Positions 12,480 through 26,500 of a stretch of 64,000 nucleotides of DNA are shown piece by piece. Within the stretch, counting starts at the first letter, position 1; each line of letters opens with the position of its first letter. Location: contig NC_045138.2 in the NCBI RefSeq assembly GCF_008831285.2, positions 10,416,001 to 10,480,000 on the forward strand, written 5' to 3'. Under the pieces are notes generated by a model. The model saw only the letters and a program-made list of their open reading frames with translations. It did not search any database and was not told where the DNA came from. Made by a program: the position numbers and the translations under genes. The stretch comes from Nymphaea colorata (Eukaryota).

Positions 12480-15400
12480 ATTACAACTTAAAAACTTAAG
12501 TGTCTTTTTTTTTTAATTACTGATGACATCTTCGTAAGGCATGATATATACCCAGATTTTCGCAAACTGATTTTCAAATGTCTCTCGTCACAAGTGGGAA
12601 AAAAGAAAGATGAAAAAACAGCGACTTTATTTTTTGCAATTGTTTGTACAAGTTGGCTTGCTAGAAGCTTCGACTCATGACTATAAATTTTATAGCACGA
12701 TGTCCCATTTTTGAGATTTGGAGAAAAAGAAGGACCCAATGATTCTTCTTTCCTTTTTTTAATTGCCTTGAACTATGAGCAAAATGTTGGCATTAATAAA
12801 GTCTTTCTACAAGGAACTAGTTTCACCCAATTGATTCAGCAGTGCTGCTGTATTTTGTTTCAAGTATGATAGTCTCATGGCTGACAATTTGGTTTCCCTT
12901 TTCAAGTAAAAGAGGTGATAAAAAAATTAAGCTGGTCCACTTGTAAGGGTTCAGCTTCTTCCTTTTGCCATGGCGAAATCACCCAATGTAGAGGGCTAGC
13001 TTTTCTCTCAACAATGCATTCATTTTAAGAGAACTGTCTCTTTAATAATAGGTTAAAAAAAGGGCCAAATTTTCCACCTTATAAAAACAACTCTTCAATC
13101 TAAAAGTTGAATGGCTTTGTTTATCATCATTAAAAAGTTTCAAAAGTCCTATTTTATCATCTTCAAGATTGTCATATATCTCAATGACAAAACCAATGAA
13201 CGCATGCTCGTGGCTTCTACCTGCAACCCAGCTTAGGGATTTGCCAAAAAAATAACGATTATTAAATGTACAAAAAAACTCAGAGATAAAATGAGGACAT
13301 TATTATTAGGGATAATTTTGCAGCAGAGACATTTTGTGAGTGTCTCACTAAATATTGAAGCAGGTTCATGAAACAATAGTTTAATGACTAATGAATCCGC
13401 CTGAATTTTTGGGGACAAATGTATGAGACACTTACAAAATATATGTGCTGCCAAATAACCCCTTAGCGTCTCAAAAGTGTGTTTGAGAGCAAAGCTACCC
13501 TTTGTTAGGGTCACCAAATTCCTATATCTGAATAACATAGAATGGATGGAAACAAAAAATTGGGAAGAAGTTAAGCCATTTCTTATCCTTCTCCAGCCAC
13601 TTGGGGATCTTGGGGAAAGGCTGAGGAATTTCTTATTTGTCTTCTCCAGCCATTAGGCTTATTAGTCACAAATTCTGCTTCCACATTCAACGAGTAGAGA
13701 CTGGAGGATGCGCTAGATACCCAAGAACATGTGGCATAGTCTACATAAAAGTGTTCGTACCGCAGCTTATGGGAACATCAGCTTTAGTGCTTGCCTTGAA
13801 TTCTATTTTAAGAAGACCTCCAGACTCAAGTATAGCTACCTGAATTACAAATTTGGCAACAAATTGCATTTGGGGGAGCGCAGGTCCGGTCATATGGATG
13901 TGAGAAGCTAAACCTTTAGGTGTTAATCATGGTGATTCCAGTCAGCAGCGGAGACAAAAATTGTTAGCTAAGAGGCACTAATTTAAAATTTTCATTTTTA
14001 AGGGGTTATATATATATATAACGAAAAAGTTTAGAGCTAATGTGGTCAACTACCCACACCCATCAATATGTAGCTTCTTTATTGATTTTGGTTGTAATGA
14101 TCATGCAAGCTACAGATTGATATAAATATGAAATGACATATAACTTGTGCAAGCCAAATTTGTCATATTGTGTCATGCTAGTTTGGTAGAAAAAACACTA
14201 GGAAGTGTCCAGTGAAAATGCTCCAAATATTAGGCTAGGTTTATGTGGTTACTATTATTCCATAAATATGCCTCAATATTTGAGGCAGATCCATTAGATA
14301 CTCCCTAAGTATCCTTGCTGCCAAACGACCCCTTTATATTCTTCATGGCTCAAAATATGTGACAAACTACATTGTAGAGTGTCATCGTATGTCAATTGCA
14401 AGTTTAGTCTATGGAGATCACCGAGCATCCATTGTTCACTATATATATGGTTAGGGTTCTTCTTACTATTGCTAATGACTTTAATTGTGCAACAGTAGAT
14501 TATTTAGGTGAAGCAAGTTGGTATGATTAAATAAGTGGTGGAGCCTTTTTTTTTTTTTGGCCAAGGGGCCGGCATTAATTCAAACCATGTAGACCCCTCA
14601 AAGGCATAGTAAATAATTGAAGAGAATTATATACAATTAAACATATGATTCAGGAGCATGATGAATATACAAACAAGCAAATTGCTGGGGGCTAACCAAT
14701 GTATAAGTACATAAATTTTGTAGGACTGTGTGGGCATTCGCCCACGCCCCTTATAATAATATACAGGAAAATCTGGAAAGGAAGCATGAATACTGGAAAT
14801 CTAAGCACCTTGAGTCCGAAGCAGGTTATGTGCACACTCACGTGCATGAAAAATTGTGCACAGGGTGTACAATGACAAAAGAAATAAAAAAAAGATTGTG
14901 AAAAAGTTAAAAAGTCTAAAATTCTTTATAAAAAAAATTCAAAAATACCCTCCACCTTCTTTGGTGCATATTTCTTGTACCTTGATGCAATCTTCCAGCC
15001 AAAAGGGCAAAGCTCATTGAAATAAAGGAGAACCCAAGCCATTTTCACTGTGCCAACTAAAGGCAAGCATTCAGGTCCCACATTTAATACTTTGTGGAAT
15101 TCTGAAGACCTTGGTCCATCTATTCGTTGCTTTAGATGTTAATAATTGAGTTAGGTCCCATTTAACTGCCCTATTCATTTCAAAAACCCCTATTAGTACT
15201 AGAAACTACCAAAAAACCTTATGGTTTAGGCGCAAAAGAGACCGATAGCGAGAGTGAGTCTTCATGGAATAGCTTTAGTTAAAAGGATACAGGTGGTGAT
15301 GACAAGGATAACATTTTCTCTTTCTGTCATATTTTGACCATAAGTCCATTGCTTCCAGATTGTAGTGGAACAATGCAGTGCAAGTGTAGAACAAATGTCT

Positions 15401-15483
15401 TCGATGTGATCTTCAACAATAGAGCTTGTCAAAACGTGGTCCCACTAAATATCGACATGATACCCACTAAATATTGACATGAT

Positions 15484-16150
15484 ACTTAACCTTAAAATAA
15501 GTTTACTATATAAAATTAAAATTGCACGGTTTGAAAAGGAAAACGACTATGCTTTCATAAGCTCCAATGGGTGAGGCGCATGTGTGCAGCATGTCCCCAG
15601 TTTGATCAGCGGGGATTATACGCCTATACAGCCCCTAATTTGGTCCGCCGATGGCTATACTCATGCATCAAAAGTGGAGTAGGCTTTATGTGCAAGTTGA
15701 AGCATGCAACATCTCTGAACTTTGGAGGCATGGAGAAGTGTGAGTGGGGCCAGTTAACTTAACCTTAAAATATGTACTATATAAAATTGCATGGTTTGAA
15801 AAGGAAAATGACTATGTTTTTACAAGCTCCAACCGGTGGGGTGCATTTGTGCGGCATGTCTCTAGTTTGATCCGCAAGAAACTATACTCCTCTACACGCA
15901 CCCCCAGTTTGATTCGCAGGGATGATACTCATGTACTCAAAGTGGGGGTAGGTTTACATGCAAGTTGAAGCATGGGACCTGGACTTTGGGGGCATGGATA
16001 AGTGGGAGTGGGGCAGGCAGTTTGATCTGTAGGGGGACTATACTTCTGTGCACGCGCCCTCAGTTTGATCAACCAAAGGTGGGGTAGGTTTGCATGTGAG
16101 TTAGAAGCATGGAGACTGGACCCTAGGGATATGAAGAAGTGGGAGTGGAA
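15484..16150. repeat. Degenerate tandem repeat, ~270-bp unit, about 2.5 copies
   Basis: ACTTAACCTTAAAAT...GGTTTGAAAAGGAAAA occurs at 15484 and 15757; the internal subrepeat CAGTTTGATC recurs. Confidence 0.75.
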
Positions 16151-18009
16151 GTGGGGAGGAAGTTTCTCCTTTTGTTTGAACAATGGAATAACCTCTTGCT
16201 CATGCAAAATAACGAAAATGACAGGATACTAATCACTGATCATTTTTTGTCAAACTTTTGACGGGCTCACATTATGACGATTGTAGTATGGTGTGGCCCC
16301 CTTGAATGCATGTCATATTATTGTCGGGTGACCACATTAATATGACAGAAAAAACTATACAATAAAAGAGCTTATTTAAACTCAATTAGCTGAAGAGCAG
16401 TCATCTTCCTCTGCAGAAGAACGGATTTCTAAGATAGGTGAGGCAGGAGGTGAACGCCTATCCTATACTCATTTGTAGATGGGCGTCCAGAACCGAAGCA
16501 CAAAAAATTGGTGCATGCATAGGGATTGATACTCCTATTAAAATAATAAAAAACAAACTTCTGTCTCTGAAATGATGAAAAAGAAAAAATGTCTAAATTG
16601 TACTTTTTTTACCAAAAATTTCAGAAATGCTGTCACCTCCGTTTAATGTCAGAAACGCCGCCATCTCCCTTTGGTGCACCCCTCTCGATCTGATCAACAG
16701 CATGGTCTCCATTATGCCTTAGCAGTGAAACCCATTTCCCATAGTCTCTTGAATCACGTTGGGGTTCGTCTACGTCCCGAACATTTAAGTTCCTATATGA
16801 TACAAAGCCACCAGGCTCACCGACGGATTTAGAAATCGGATGAGACAAGGCACCTACATTGACCCCAGAAGGTGACGAAGAGGCAAGGGCAATGGCACGT
16901 ACAGTTCATTTGTCACCTGGACTTAGAGTTTCGAGCCTTTGTTTGTAATCACTTTTTTTATTACTATTATTTGGACGCTTGTCGTATCCAAATTATGTGG
17001 ATCCAAGCAAATGGACCCAAGTCGATCCATATCCACCGACCTTTGCTTTTATTTCGAGCTTGGTTGGTCATGGTTTGTGTTTTGTTACTTTCCTTTTTCT
17101 TCTTTCCTTTTCTGCTCCATTCTTTCTCTTCCACTTGTTTCATTACAGAATTTTAAAATGGAAATCCTTGTCTGATCCATCACCATTCGACATGTTTTCT
17201 TATTTTTGGTTTCTGAAATTATTTTTAACCCTTTAAGTCTCCTAAAAAACGTAACTAAAATTATTCATACAAGTATATTTTAAACAGGACTCGCACCAAC
17301 ACGGTCCACTTGGCCTAGCGATGCCACATCGTTATGTTTCGCCCTCAATATAAAACCAGCGGTAAGAACGACCGAACAAATTTACCTGTCAAAAACCAGG
17401 AGACCACAAAATCATTCCAAATTTAAGGAGAGCAAAGCGGGGAGAGAGAGACTAAAAAGATTCACTAATTTAAGCAACGAAAGGTTGGCAATATACAATG
17501 ATAACAGCTACAATAAACACATAGCTACAAACCTGTAGCGTCATAACACCGATCCCACCCCCAAACGCTGTCACCACTACCCAACAAGAGAAAAGAAGCC
17601 AGAGAGTGAGAGAAAGAGAGCCCTGGTCCAGTCCCTGTTACCAACAAACACAACTCAACATAAACGACAGGGAGAACCCGTCTATGTTTCTTCAGTTGAC
17701 GGTTTACCACCACCACCACATGGTCACATTAAACATTTGATTGGGAAGGGGAAGAAAAGAGAACAAGGCGATAAATGAAAGAAAAAACAAGAAAGGCGAG
17801 GAGACTTCACAACGCAGACAGAAAAGGCAGAGCTAGGAGCCACGGTTGGTTTTGCCAATTGAAAGGATCATGTTACGAAACCCCCATCTGCTAGCCTTCA
17901 CTCTTACCGTGTTCTCCTCTCTTTTTCCCTTTTTTTTTTTTTTCCTGCTTTCAGTCTAGAAGAGAGTTGGTGGTTTCAAACCCCCTTCCCTCCTCCATCT
18001 GGTGATTAT

Positions 18010-21000
18010 TTAAGTACATGAGGCAGCCGATGCACAGATGTCCTTGCTCGACCTGTTGTACTTCATATGGCTCTTGACCAGCTGCCCGGCTGCAAGCGCA
18101 GACATGAGGGACAGTTCCCCTGCTAGAACTGCACCGGCGACTACGAGGGCCAGCTTCGTGGCGTTCGTCCCCGGCGTTTCCATGTTAGAACCCTTCGCAC
18201 CCAGCAGGTTCAGGCACGCAGATTGAGAAGCTAGCTGTGTGCCACCACCAACTGTGCCCACCTGTTTAGAACCACAAAAGCAGAAGCAATGAACCACCAT
18301 TAAATGTCATGTGAAAAGTAAAAGACAAAAACAAACTAGCAGGTAACAGGGACGAGAACAGCAGGAAAATTAAAGAGGAAACAGAAGAACAGAGCAGAAG
18401 AGGACAAAGCAATCTAATGGGAGCAATCTGACGGGAGATTTTACTCCTTAGCACGTAGATGAAATGCTACCGTCGATATTTTTAATAGTAAGGCCTAAGG
18501 AGGCATTGAAAGAACAGCGGCAATAAACTTTTCTAAAGTCTTAGAGTTGCTCGGGAAACCAAGCTGCAAGTGGAGTTGCAGATCGCCCGCTTGCGTTTGG
18601 CCCGAAGGAAAAGCCAGAACATCAAGTATCTTGACAGCGATCAATTAAATAAAATTCAAAGAATCTCAAGAAGGGACAGCGAATGCTTAGAATCAGGCAC
18701 ATGGCACCCGTCATCAAGCAGCCAAGCAAAGGACAGACTGGCATCAATGGCCACCTATCAGAAAGCGGTGGCTACAAAGCCTAAGTACCCCACCAGATCA
18801 CAGTAAGATCACAGTAGGAAAAGCAAAAATCAAATACAGCAACCCAATTTACCATAGAAGCAAGAAATTAAAAAAGTGGGACATTAGACAACCTCCAAGA
18901 TGACCGCGAAGAGAGAGAGAGATTGTGTGTCCTGAATTTACCTCGATGCAAGGCATGGAAACAGAGATGTAAAGGTCCTTGCCATTGTCTGCAAACTCCA
19001 TCATGGTGATACACTGGGAGCTCTCAACATTCTGGGCAGGGTCCTGACCTGTGGCAATGAAAATGGCGGACACTATGTTACTCGCGTGAGCGTTAAACCC
19101 GCCTAGTGACCCTGCCACTGCTGACCCAACTAAGTTCTTTCTGTTGTTTAGATCCACCAATGCAGAGACCGACGTTTTCAGCACCGACCTCACCACCTCT
19201 TCTTTTATTATGGCATCACATACCACCGACTTCCCACGTCCTTCAATCCAGTTAACGGCAGCAGGCTTCTTATCTGAACAGTAATTTCCTGCAAAGAAAG
19301 CTTTTCAGAAAGCTTAACGAAGCTTGATGAAGGCCAGAATGGAGCCCATGCAATACTTGTTACTTCTCTTTCGGGTTCTCATATTCATATGCTTGGCGTG
19401 GAAGAATGAGATGAATTTGAAAGAGTTTTTCCCCAGAAAGGGAGGGATACATCTACGATAGTGACATTGTGGAAAAGAGTCGAGAGAATGATTCAGACAT
19501 CAAACGACAATATTTCCCGTACAAGCGAATCAAGGATAAATCACTAAGAAAGATGATTCCTAGAACAATAAAATACCAGATAAGCAAATAAGCTTATATC
19601 TATGTAACCACTTAAGAATGTCTCCATATTTTGAAAATGACAACATCATGTTCTTAATAGAAAACCCAACCAACCAAGCAGAGTTCATAAATGCGGAAAT
19701 TACTACACAAAACAGTTCAGACCGGTCAAAAATGAAGAAGAGCGGGAAAAATCAATGTTACGAGAAAACAGCAAGCTAAAAAGGTGCAAACCTGAAAGGC
19801 TGATGATATCCATGTCCGGGAAATCATTGCGAAGAAAGTCCAGCACGTTCTGCACTCCCTTGGAGACCATGTTCATGCCCATGGCATCCCCTGTGGCGCA
19901 AACGAATCTCATGTAAAGGATCCTTCCCGCTAACGCGCACTTTATACTCTGCAGCCTAGCAAATCTGCTCGTCCTGCAATTCAGAGAAAGGAAATAAGCA
20001 TAGATGTGACGCGAGAGAGAGAGAGTTCAAGTCACACCATCTCACAGACCAAAAACCAATCATTCAGAACAAAAAAAACCCACCTAGAAAATAAAATGCA
20101 ACTTGGAACTTAGCATAGATTTGATATCCAATAACACAGAGATGAATTTAACATGTCGGGGAAAGATGATGGTGCATCTAAAATAATGGACACTACACCA
20201 CAAAGGCCAATGGTAAATCACAGTCAACATTTACAAAAATGAGAGAAGTAAAAAAAAGAAAAAGAAAGAAAAAACACACACACACAATAGCGGCTCGAGA
20301 TTCAGAGTTTCCTCCAACAAAAAATAGATATTGTACGAAAAAAAAAAGAGTTAATAGATGAAGAGAAAGCTTTCCTCCAAAAGCTACAAAGAGAACCATC
20401 CACACCACAAGCAAATGGATTGAAGAGGAATTTGAAGAGCAGAACACCCGACAAGACAAACAGAGAATTTTTCACATGAAGTAAAATCGAAATTCAAAGG
20501 GGACACAAATAAATCTTTTGAAAGCAAAACAAAGAAGGTAAGGAGCGTAGAAAGCCGAATAAGAAACATCCAAACAGGAAGAACCCCGGAACAGTACCTA
20601 TTGAAAACCATGGACACGGTCTCAAAGTTCATTGGGTCTTCAAGGAAGAACTTGAGCTCAGCAGCTCTTCTCGCAGATGCCAACCTCACCGCCGGTGCCC
20701 TGCTCATCCCATCTCTCACGCAGACGGAGTCCACCCCACCGGAAGCATAAATCGCCTTACACCCCCTGTTGGTGCTCGCGACCAAGCATCCCTCCGTGGT
20801 CGCCATCGGCACATACACCTCCCCCTTCCCCTTCATCAGCAAAGGCCCCGCAATCCCCACTGGAATCTGCACATACCCGATGGGCAACTCGCAGCATTGC
20901 CCCAAGATCGAGCCGTAATCAAATCCATCCAGCGGCAACCCGTCAACCGACCTCCCGGAGACGATCTCCAGTGCCTTACGCCTCACGCCCGCAGCCCGCT

Positions 21001-21514
21001 GGCAATCGCCTAACCTCGACTCCAGCGTATGGGACGGCACGGTGCCATTAACGACCCCCATGATGACCTCCTCCTCGGGGTCCCCGGCAAGGTCGGCGGG
21101 CTGAGCGCGCAACGGAGCCTGTACGGCACATGGGGGGGAGGCCTGCCGATGGGGCTCGGGCTCTAGATCGTCCCACTCTTCTGAGGACCGAGAGACGAAG
21201 GGCTGGACATAGATTATGCCGAAGAAGCCAAAGAGGTAGATGAAGGAAGAAAGGAAGGAAAGAATGGCGACGATCTCCCAGAAGGTGAGGAGATGGAGGA
21301 GGGTGTTGGTCCGGATCTTCTCGCGCCACCTGCGCATCAGGTAGTAGGACGAAAGGAAGAAGAGGACCAGGAAGAACTTGTTGGTGACATTGGCGGGAAG
21401 GGGGAGGGCGTCAGACGCCAACGCCAGACGAGTCTTCGCCCTCCCAGCCGCCTGGTTGGCGGCGGCGCCCTTGGGTTCCGGCCGCTTGGCCACCACCCTT
21501 CGCCGTGTCTCCAT
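18010..21514 (-). CDS. HMGR: 3-hydroxy-3-methylglutaryl-CoA reductase (class I, ER membrane), 565 aa, 4 exons
   Basis: Exons 21514-20598, 19973-19792, 19288-18942 and 18261-18010 with GT-AG introns; joined length 1698 nt, open frame. Motifs: N-terminal RRR, two hydrophobic segments, [52 protein letters not shown]. Internal exons of 182 and 347 nt match the usual plant HMGR layout. Confidence 0.97.
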
Positions 21515-21650
21515 TCGAGATGGGGGTGAAAGGTGAGGGTCGAGTTAGGCACGGAAGGTAAGTGGGCTGGCAGCCGGAAATTCCCGGAACACTTCCCGGC
21601 GGGCAGATCGGTGAGTTTCGGGTGCAAATGGAGCGTCGTGAGGGCCCTTC

Positions 21651-21701
21651 TTTATACAGGCTCCGAGGACGGCAGACGCGAGGGCGATGTCGGGGCACGT
21701 G
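21651..21701 (-). promoter_or_regulatory. HMGR core promoter: TATA box and G-box
   Basis: Minus-strand TATAAA at 21651-21656, about 140 nt upstream of the ATG; palindromic CACGTG at 21696-21701 in GCCACGTG context. Confidence 0.6.
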
Positions 21702-22399
21702 GCTTGGGGGCCGTAAGTGGTCAGGGCGCCTCTCTTTTACGTTCTTGTCCTTAACCGTCGTTACAATGACATCAAGTAACGATTAATCATTCAAATATTC
21801 AGATAATTAAACCAACCGAAAATTTCTTTTCTCTCAAAGGTATAGTTTCACAGCATGGAAATCTCGAATCGGAAATAAAATTTTTGGAAAGATGTTTGAA
21901 GAACGAATGAAATGGAAACTTTGCCACTCATCCCATCTTTTGCTGAATGTTTGGTGGAATAGGAAAAAAATTTGAAGTAATTTGTTCGCATCTATGGAGA
22001 TAAGTTGGAACAAAGAAAGCATTTTTTTTTAATTTAACAAAAAGGTGTGGGATGAGCATGCAATTGTTCTAAAAGTATTCCTTACAAATTTATTAAAAAA
22101 GCTGGGGCGATAAAAAAAAAATGTTCAAATATAATACGATAAATGCTTGAAACTCTCGGTCTTCTTTATTTCTCCTCTCCCTTCTCTTCTTCCGACCACC
22201 AGTAACTCAACATAACCACAAGTCCACAACTCTTTGCTCCACCGGCGACAGAACAGAACGTGGCAAACTGGCGGCAACATTTGCTGTCCGACTCATTTTC
22301 GTGTTTTCTTTTCTGCACCCCTTCTTCACCGTGTGAGTGAAATTGAGCCCGCAATTGGCGAGGACTCTATCATTTGCAGGTGGGTCTCATTCATATATA

Positions 22400-22427
22400 T
22401 CTCTCTCTCTCTCTCTCTCTCTACTCT

Positions 22428-22516
<89 letters not shown>
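22400..22516. repeat. Compound microsatellite (CT)n + (TA)~42
   Basis: Directly visible about 0.9 kb upstream of the HMGR start codon. Confidence 0.95.
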
Positions 22517-22518
<2 letters not shown>

Positions 22519-23207
22519 TGGAATAGGATTTCTGCAACCAGTGACGAAACCAAAAAATTTTGAGTGAGAAGCACTAACTTGTTGAAGAAAATGAGTGATT
22601 GCAGGACACTAACTGCGGTCTGGTGTGGGCATCATATACGGTTGGACCTAACTGCACATAATATAAAATTTTTGGGGTTGGGGTGCACGCCATCGACAGA
22701 ATAGCTCTCCTATTTTTTGAAACCCTTTGCCTTGAGGAGGATTTGAGTGGAAACCTGTCACCTCATGCTCTAGGAGACGAGGAGAAAAGAGTAACTTTTT
22801 AGCATAGTTTAAAATGTAATGGTCGCTAAGATAAATTTTTGAATTATAAAACGGATAAGATAAACGGAACATGAATATAACGGCTACTTTTTACATAATA
22901 TGCAATGCATAAGCTAAACAAGGAGTCTCACTTCTCACAACTACTATCTTGCACAGCTGAAATAGATAAAAGTTCAAAAGATGAGTCTTGAATCAGTAAG
23001 GATCACACTATAAACTGGTAATCATTGAAAACAAATACAAAGTACAACAATTAAAATATATCTTGACATATGCAACTTTCAAGTCTAATTAACTTTCACA
23101 TATCACTTTCTTACTTAAGTTCACTCTACCGCCTCAACGTGAAGGACTTGCTCCTTAGTGGAATCTTGAGACTACCCTCATGGGCTAGGCCCCTAACCAG
23201 CTATTAT

Positions 23208-23505
23208 TAAGGGTAGGCATCGAGCCGGTCCGATCGTCCCAATGTTCGAAACTCGAACGTGGGCCTGATACCCAAAACCCAGGCTCGAGCCCAGCCCAAC
23301 TCGGTTATAATAAAATTTATTTTTTAGAACATAAAACAAATTTGTTTGAATATAAAATATATTTTTAATAAAAAAAATATAATATTAATATTAAAAATAT
23401 TTTTTAAATGTTATCAGGCAGGATTAGGCCCGGTCAGGCACATTGAGCCCGAACCGGGCCAAGCACAGGGTACCCAACGGCGGCCCGACCTGGTGCCCAC
23501 CCTTA
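23208..23505. mobile_element. hAT-like MITE (298 bp)
   Basis: TIRs TAAGGGTAGGCATC.../...GGTGCCCACCCTTA; 8-bp TSD GCTATTAT/ACTATTAT. The paralogous repeat near 28530 shows the empty site GGCTATTATTGG. Confidence 0.88.
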
Positions 23506-26500
23506 ACTATTATTGGTTATGGCCCTTGGGCAGCCCTTGCAGCCCCATAGAGACTTGCTAAAAAGTTGTATTAAAACTCTCATAAACTTGTCATTTTCAT
23601 TTCTTAACAAGCAAATAATTAACTATCTCATAACTAGTCATTTAAAATGCTATTGTGCTAACAATCTATTAGATTTCATGCTAAAACATAACCATCAATG
23701 GTACGGCAATTTCAACAAACTAGCTGCTTTAAAAAATTTATCCTAAAATATGCTCACCAAGCTATAAAAAAAAAAAAAAAAAAGGTTTTTCGGGTATGTC
23801 CTTGGGTACGTTTTCGTTATCCAGCCCAATAGATAACGTACTTATTCAATAGTTCAATTAGATACCTCGACCTCCTATACATGTCCAGCTGCCTAACCAA
23901 CAATAAATATCTCAACTATGCTACCACGTCTTTCCCAAATTCATTTTCTTTTAATCGAACTCATACCAGATTATAAAAGACTTCACTTATGTCGAAATTA
24001 CCTCTAACTACAACCCAAAAAATGACCCATACAGCTTCAATCCCATCTAAAAGTAACACAAAATTGAAATTCCTCTTTTATCCCACGATATGTGCTCAAT
24101 ATTAACTCTTTAACCATCAATACACGAACTCATAAAACCAGTCTTCAGAAATGTAACCGTATGACCCATGCAGCTCTTCATAGAGAAGTAATACCACGTC
24201 CATGGTGAATCCCATACTAAAACTGATAAACACATGATTCTCTACTACGAATTTATCAAGCAAACATTCAAATTAAGAATCTATACATCTACTCGAACCA
24301 AAAAACTAAAATTTGGATGACCTTACATTCTATACCGTTTTTCTATTCCTCTATTTCTCAATATCTCGTCTACCCCCTTTCTCCCTCTCTGTTTTCTCGT
24401 TCTCCCTCTTTCTCTCTTCCCTTCTCTCCTTCTTCCTCTCATGTTCTCTCCCTGCCTCTTTGTCTTCCTCTCCCATGCTTTCAAACCTTCTCTGGTTTTC
24501 AAAACAAGGACAGGAGGCATAGCTCGTGCGATAAAACCCTCCCCTTTTTGAGTTTTACAAAATCGTCTCACAAAGAAGAAAAATTTTAAACAAATATGGG
24601 TATCTAGATCTCATTTCATCTTCTCGTTTTCAAGTGGTATCTTGTTCTGATCTAATTGTATCGGCAGACAACTGTAATCGATAGGCTACATCTCCAATTC
24701 TCTCTAAGACTTTCTATGGTCTAATATATCGTGGACTGAGTTTAGCACCTTGCATAAATTTAGCTACTTCTTTCCAAGGTGGCACCTTGAGAAAAATTTG
24801 TCTTCCACTTCAAATCGAAGGTCTTTGTGCCGATTATCTGCATAGCTTTTCGATAAATCCTGAGTTGCCTTCATATTTTCCCTGATCAATTGACTTTATC
24901 AGTACTAGTTCTGGCCCTACGATTTTCCTTTCACCTATTTCATCCCAACAGACTGTGTCTGACATTTACTACCATAAAGGGCCTCATAAGATGACATTCC
25001 AATACTAAACAAGAAACTATTGTTATATACAAATTCTACCCAGGTGGGTGCACATCCCATGAACCTTGAAACACTAATACTCATGCACATAATATATCCT
25101 CTAGTATTTGAATCGTTCTTTTTGTTTTCCCATGAGTTTGTGAATGGAAGGCTGTACTGAACCTCAATCCAGTTGCCATACTAAATACAAACTAGGCCAA
25201 ATTTCAGAAGTGAAGCGAAAATCTCGATCATACACTATCGACAATGGGGTACCATATAATCTAACAATTTCTTGTACAAACAATTAGCTAACCTATCCTT
25301 AGTGACTTCCCTCTTGATGGCTAAGAAGTGGGCAGATTTGGTAAGCCGATCTACAATCACCCAGCCAACCTATCCATAGTGACTTCCCTCTTGATGGCTA
25401 AGAAGTGGGCAGATTTGGCAAGCCGATCTACAATCACCCAAACAACATCATTTCCATTTTGGAAGTGTGGTAGACTTATGATGAAGTCCATGGTAACATG
25501 TTCACACTTCCACTCTGGTATAGGGAGGTTTTACAACATCCCAATAGGCTTTTGGTCTTCTGCTTCAATCATCTGATATGTCAAGCATTTTGAAACATAG
25601 TCTGCTATCTCTTTTTTCATACCAAACCACCAATAACTATCTTTAAGATTACAATACACCTTTGTACTACTGGGTTCTGTGTCATCGGGCACACACAACC
25701 TCATTCTAAATATTTAAATATTATTTTTTATTACTTTAAACTATTGTGTTTATCCTCTTTTTACTGCTTGAACTATCTTTTGCAAATTCTCATCAACGGC
25801 TTGTGAGTCTCTTATCGTTCATAAAGAATAGGTTGAACTCCTCGTCTCAAATCGGTCCTTAAAGCTCGCATCTTCAAAAGGAGGTGGAAGTCATGTTGCC
25901 TTTACGTAGATAAGCAATAGCACACTAATTCTTCTGACTCAAAATGTCTGCCATCTGGCTAACCTTACCTGGGTGATAATTAATAGTGCAATCATAATCT
26001 TTTACAATCTTAAGATTACAAATTATAACCACCTTCTGTCTCATGCTCAACTCTTTCTTACTAAGTAAATACTTTAAACTTTTATAATCAGTGTATATCT
26101 TACACTTTTCGCCATACAAATGATGTCTCCAAATCTTCAAAACAAAGACTATAGCTGCTAATTTTAAATCATGTACAAGATAATTTTCTTTATGCCTTCT
26201 TAGATGCCGAGATGCATAGACCATCACCTTATCATTCTGCATCGCTGCATATGATGAACCATAGTCTGCCTCTTTAATCTTCAATTGATGGTACCCAATT
26301 CTCAAATCAATTTTGGAAAACATACAAGCACCCTTAATTTGATCAAACAGATCATCAATGCAAGGTAAAGGGTACTTGTTGCACACGATCACCTTATTCA
26401 GTTGTCTATAATCAATACATAATTTCATATTGTCATCCTTCTTCATCACATACAATACCTGTGCACCACATGATGACATGTTAGGCTAAATACACTTTTT

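Noticed and set aside
20384..20597. C-terminal extension of the 376-aa HMGR ORF in the track
   Set aside because: It is read-through into intron 1; the GT donor is at 20597.
21515..21700. N-terminally extended HMGR isoform
   Set aside because: An in-frame TAA at 21545-21547 lies 11 codons upstream of the ATG.
22234..22567. ORFs with IYIYIY runs
   Set aside because: They are translations of the (TA)n microsatellite.
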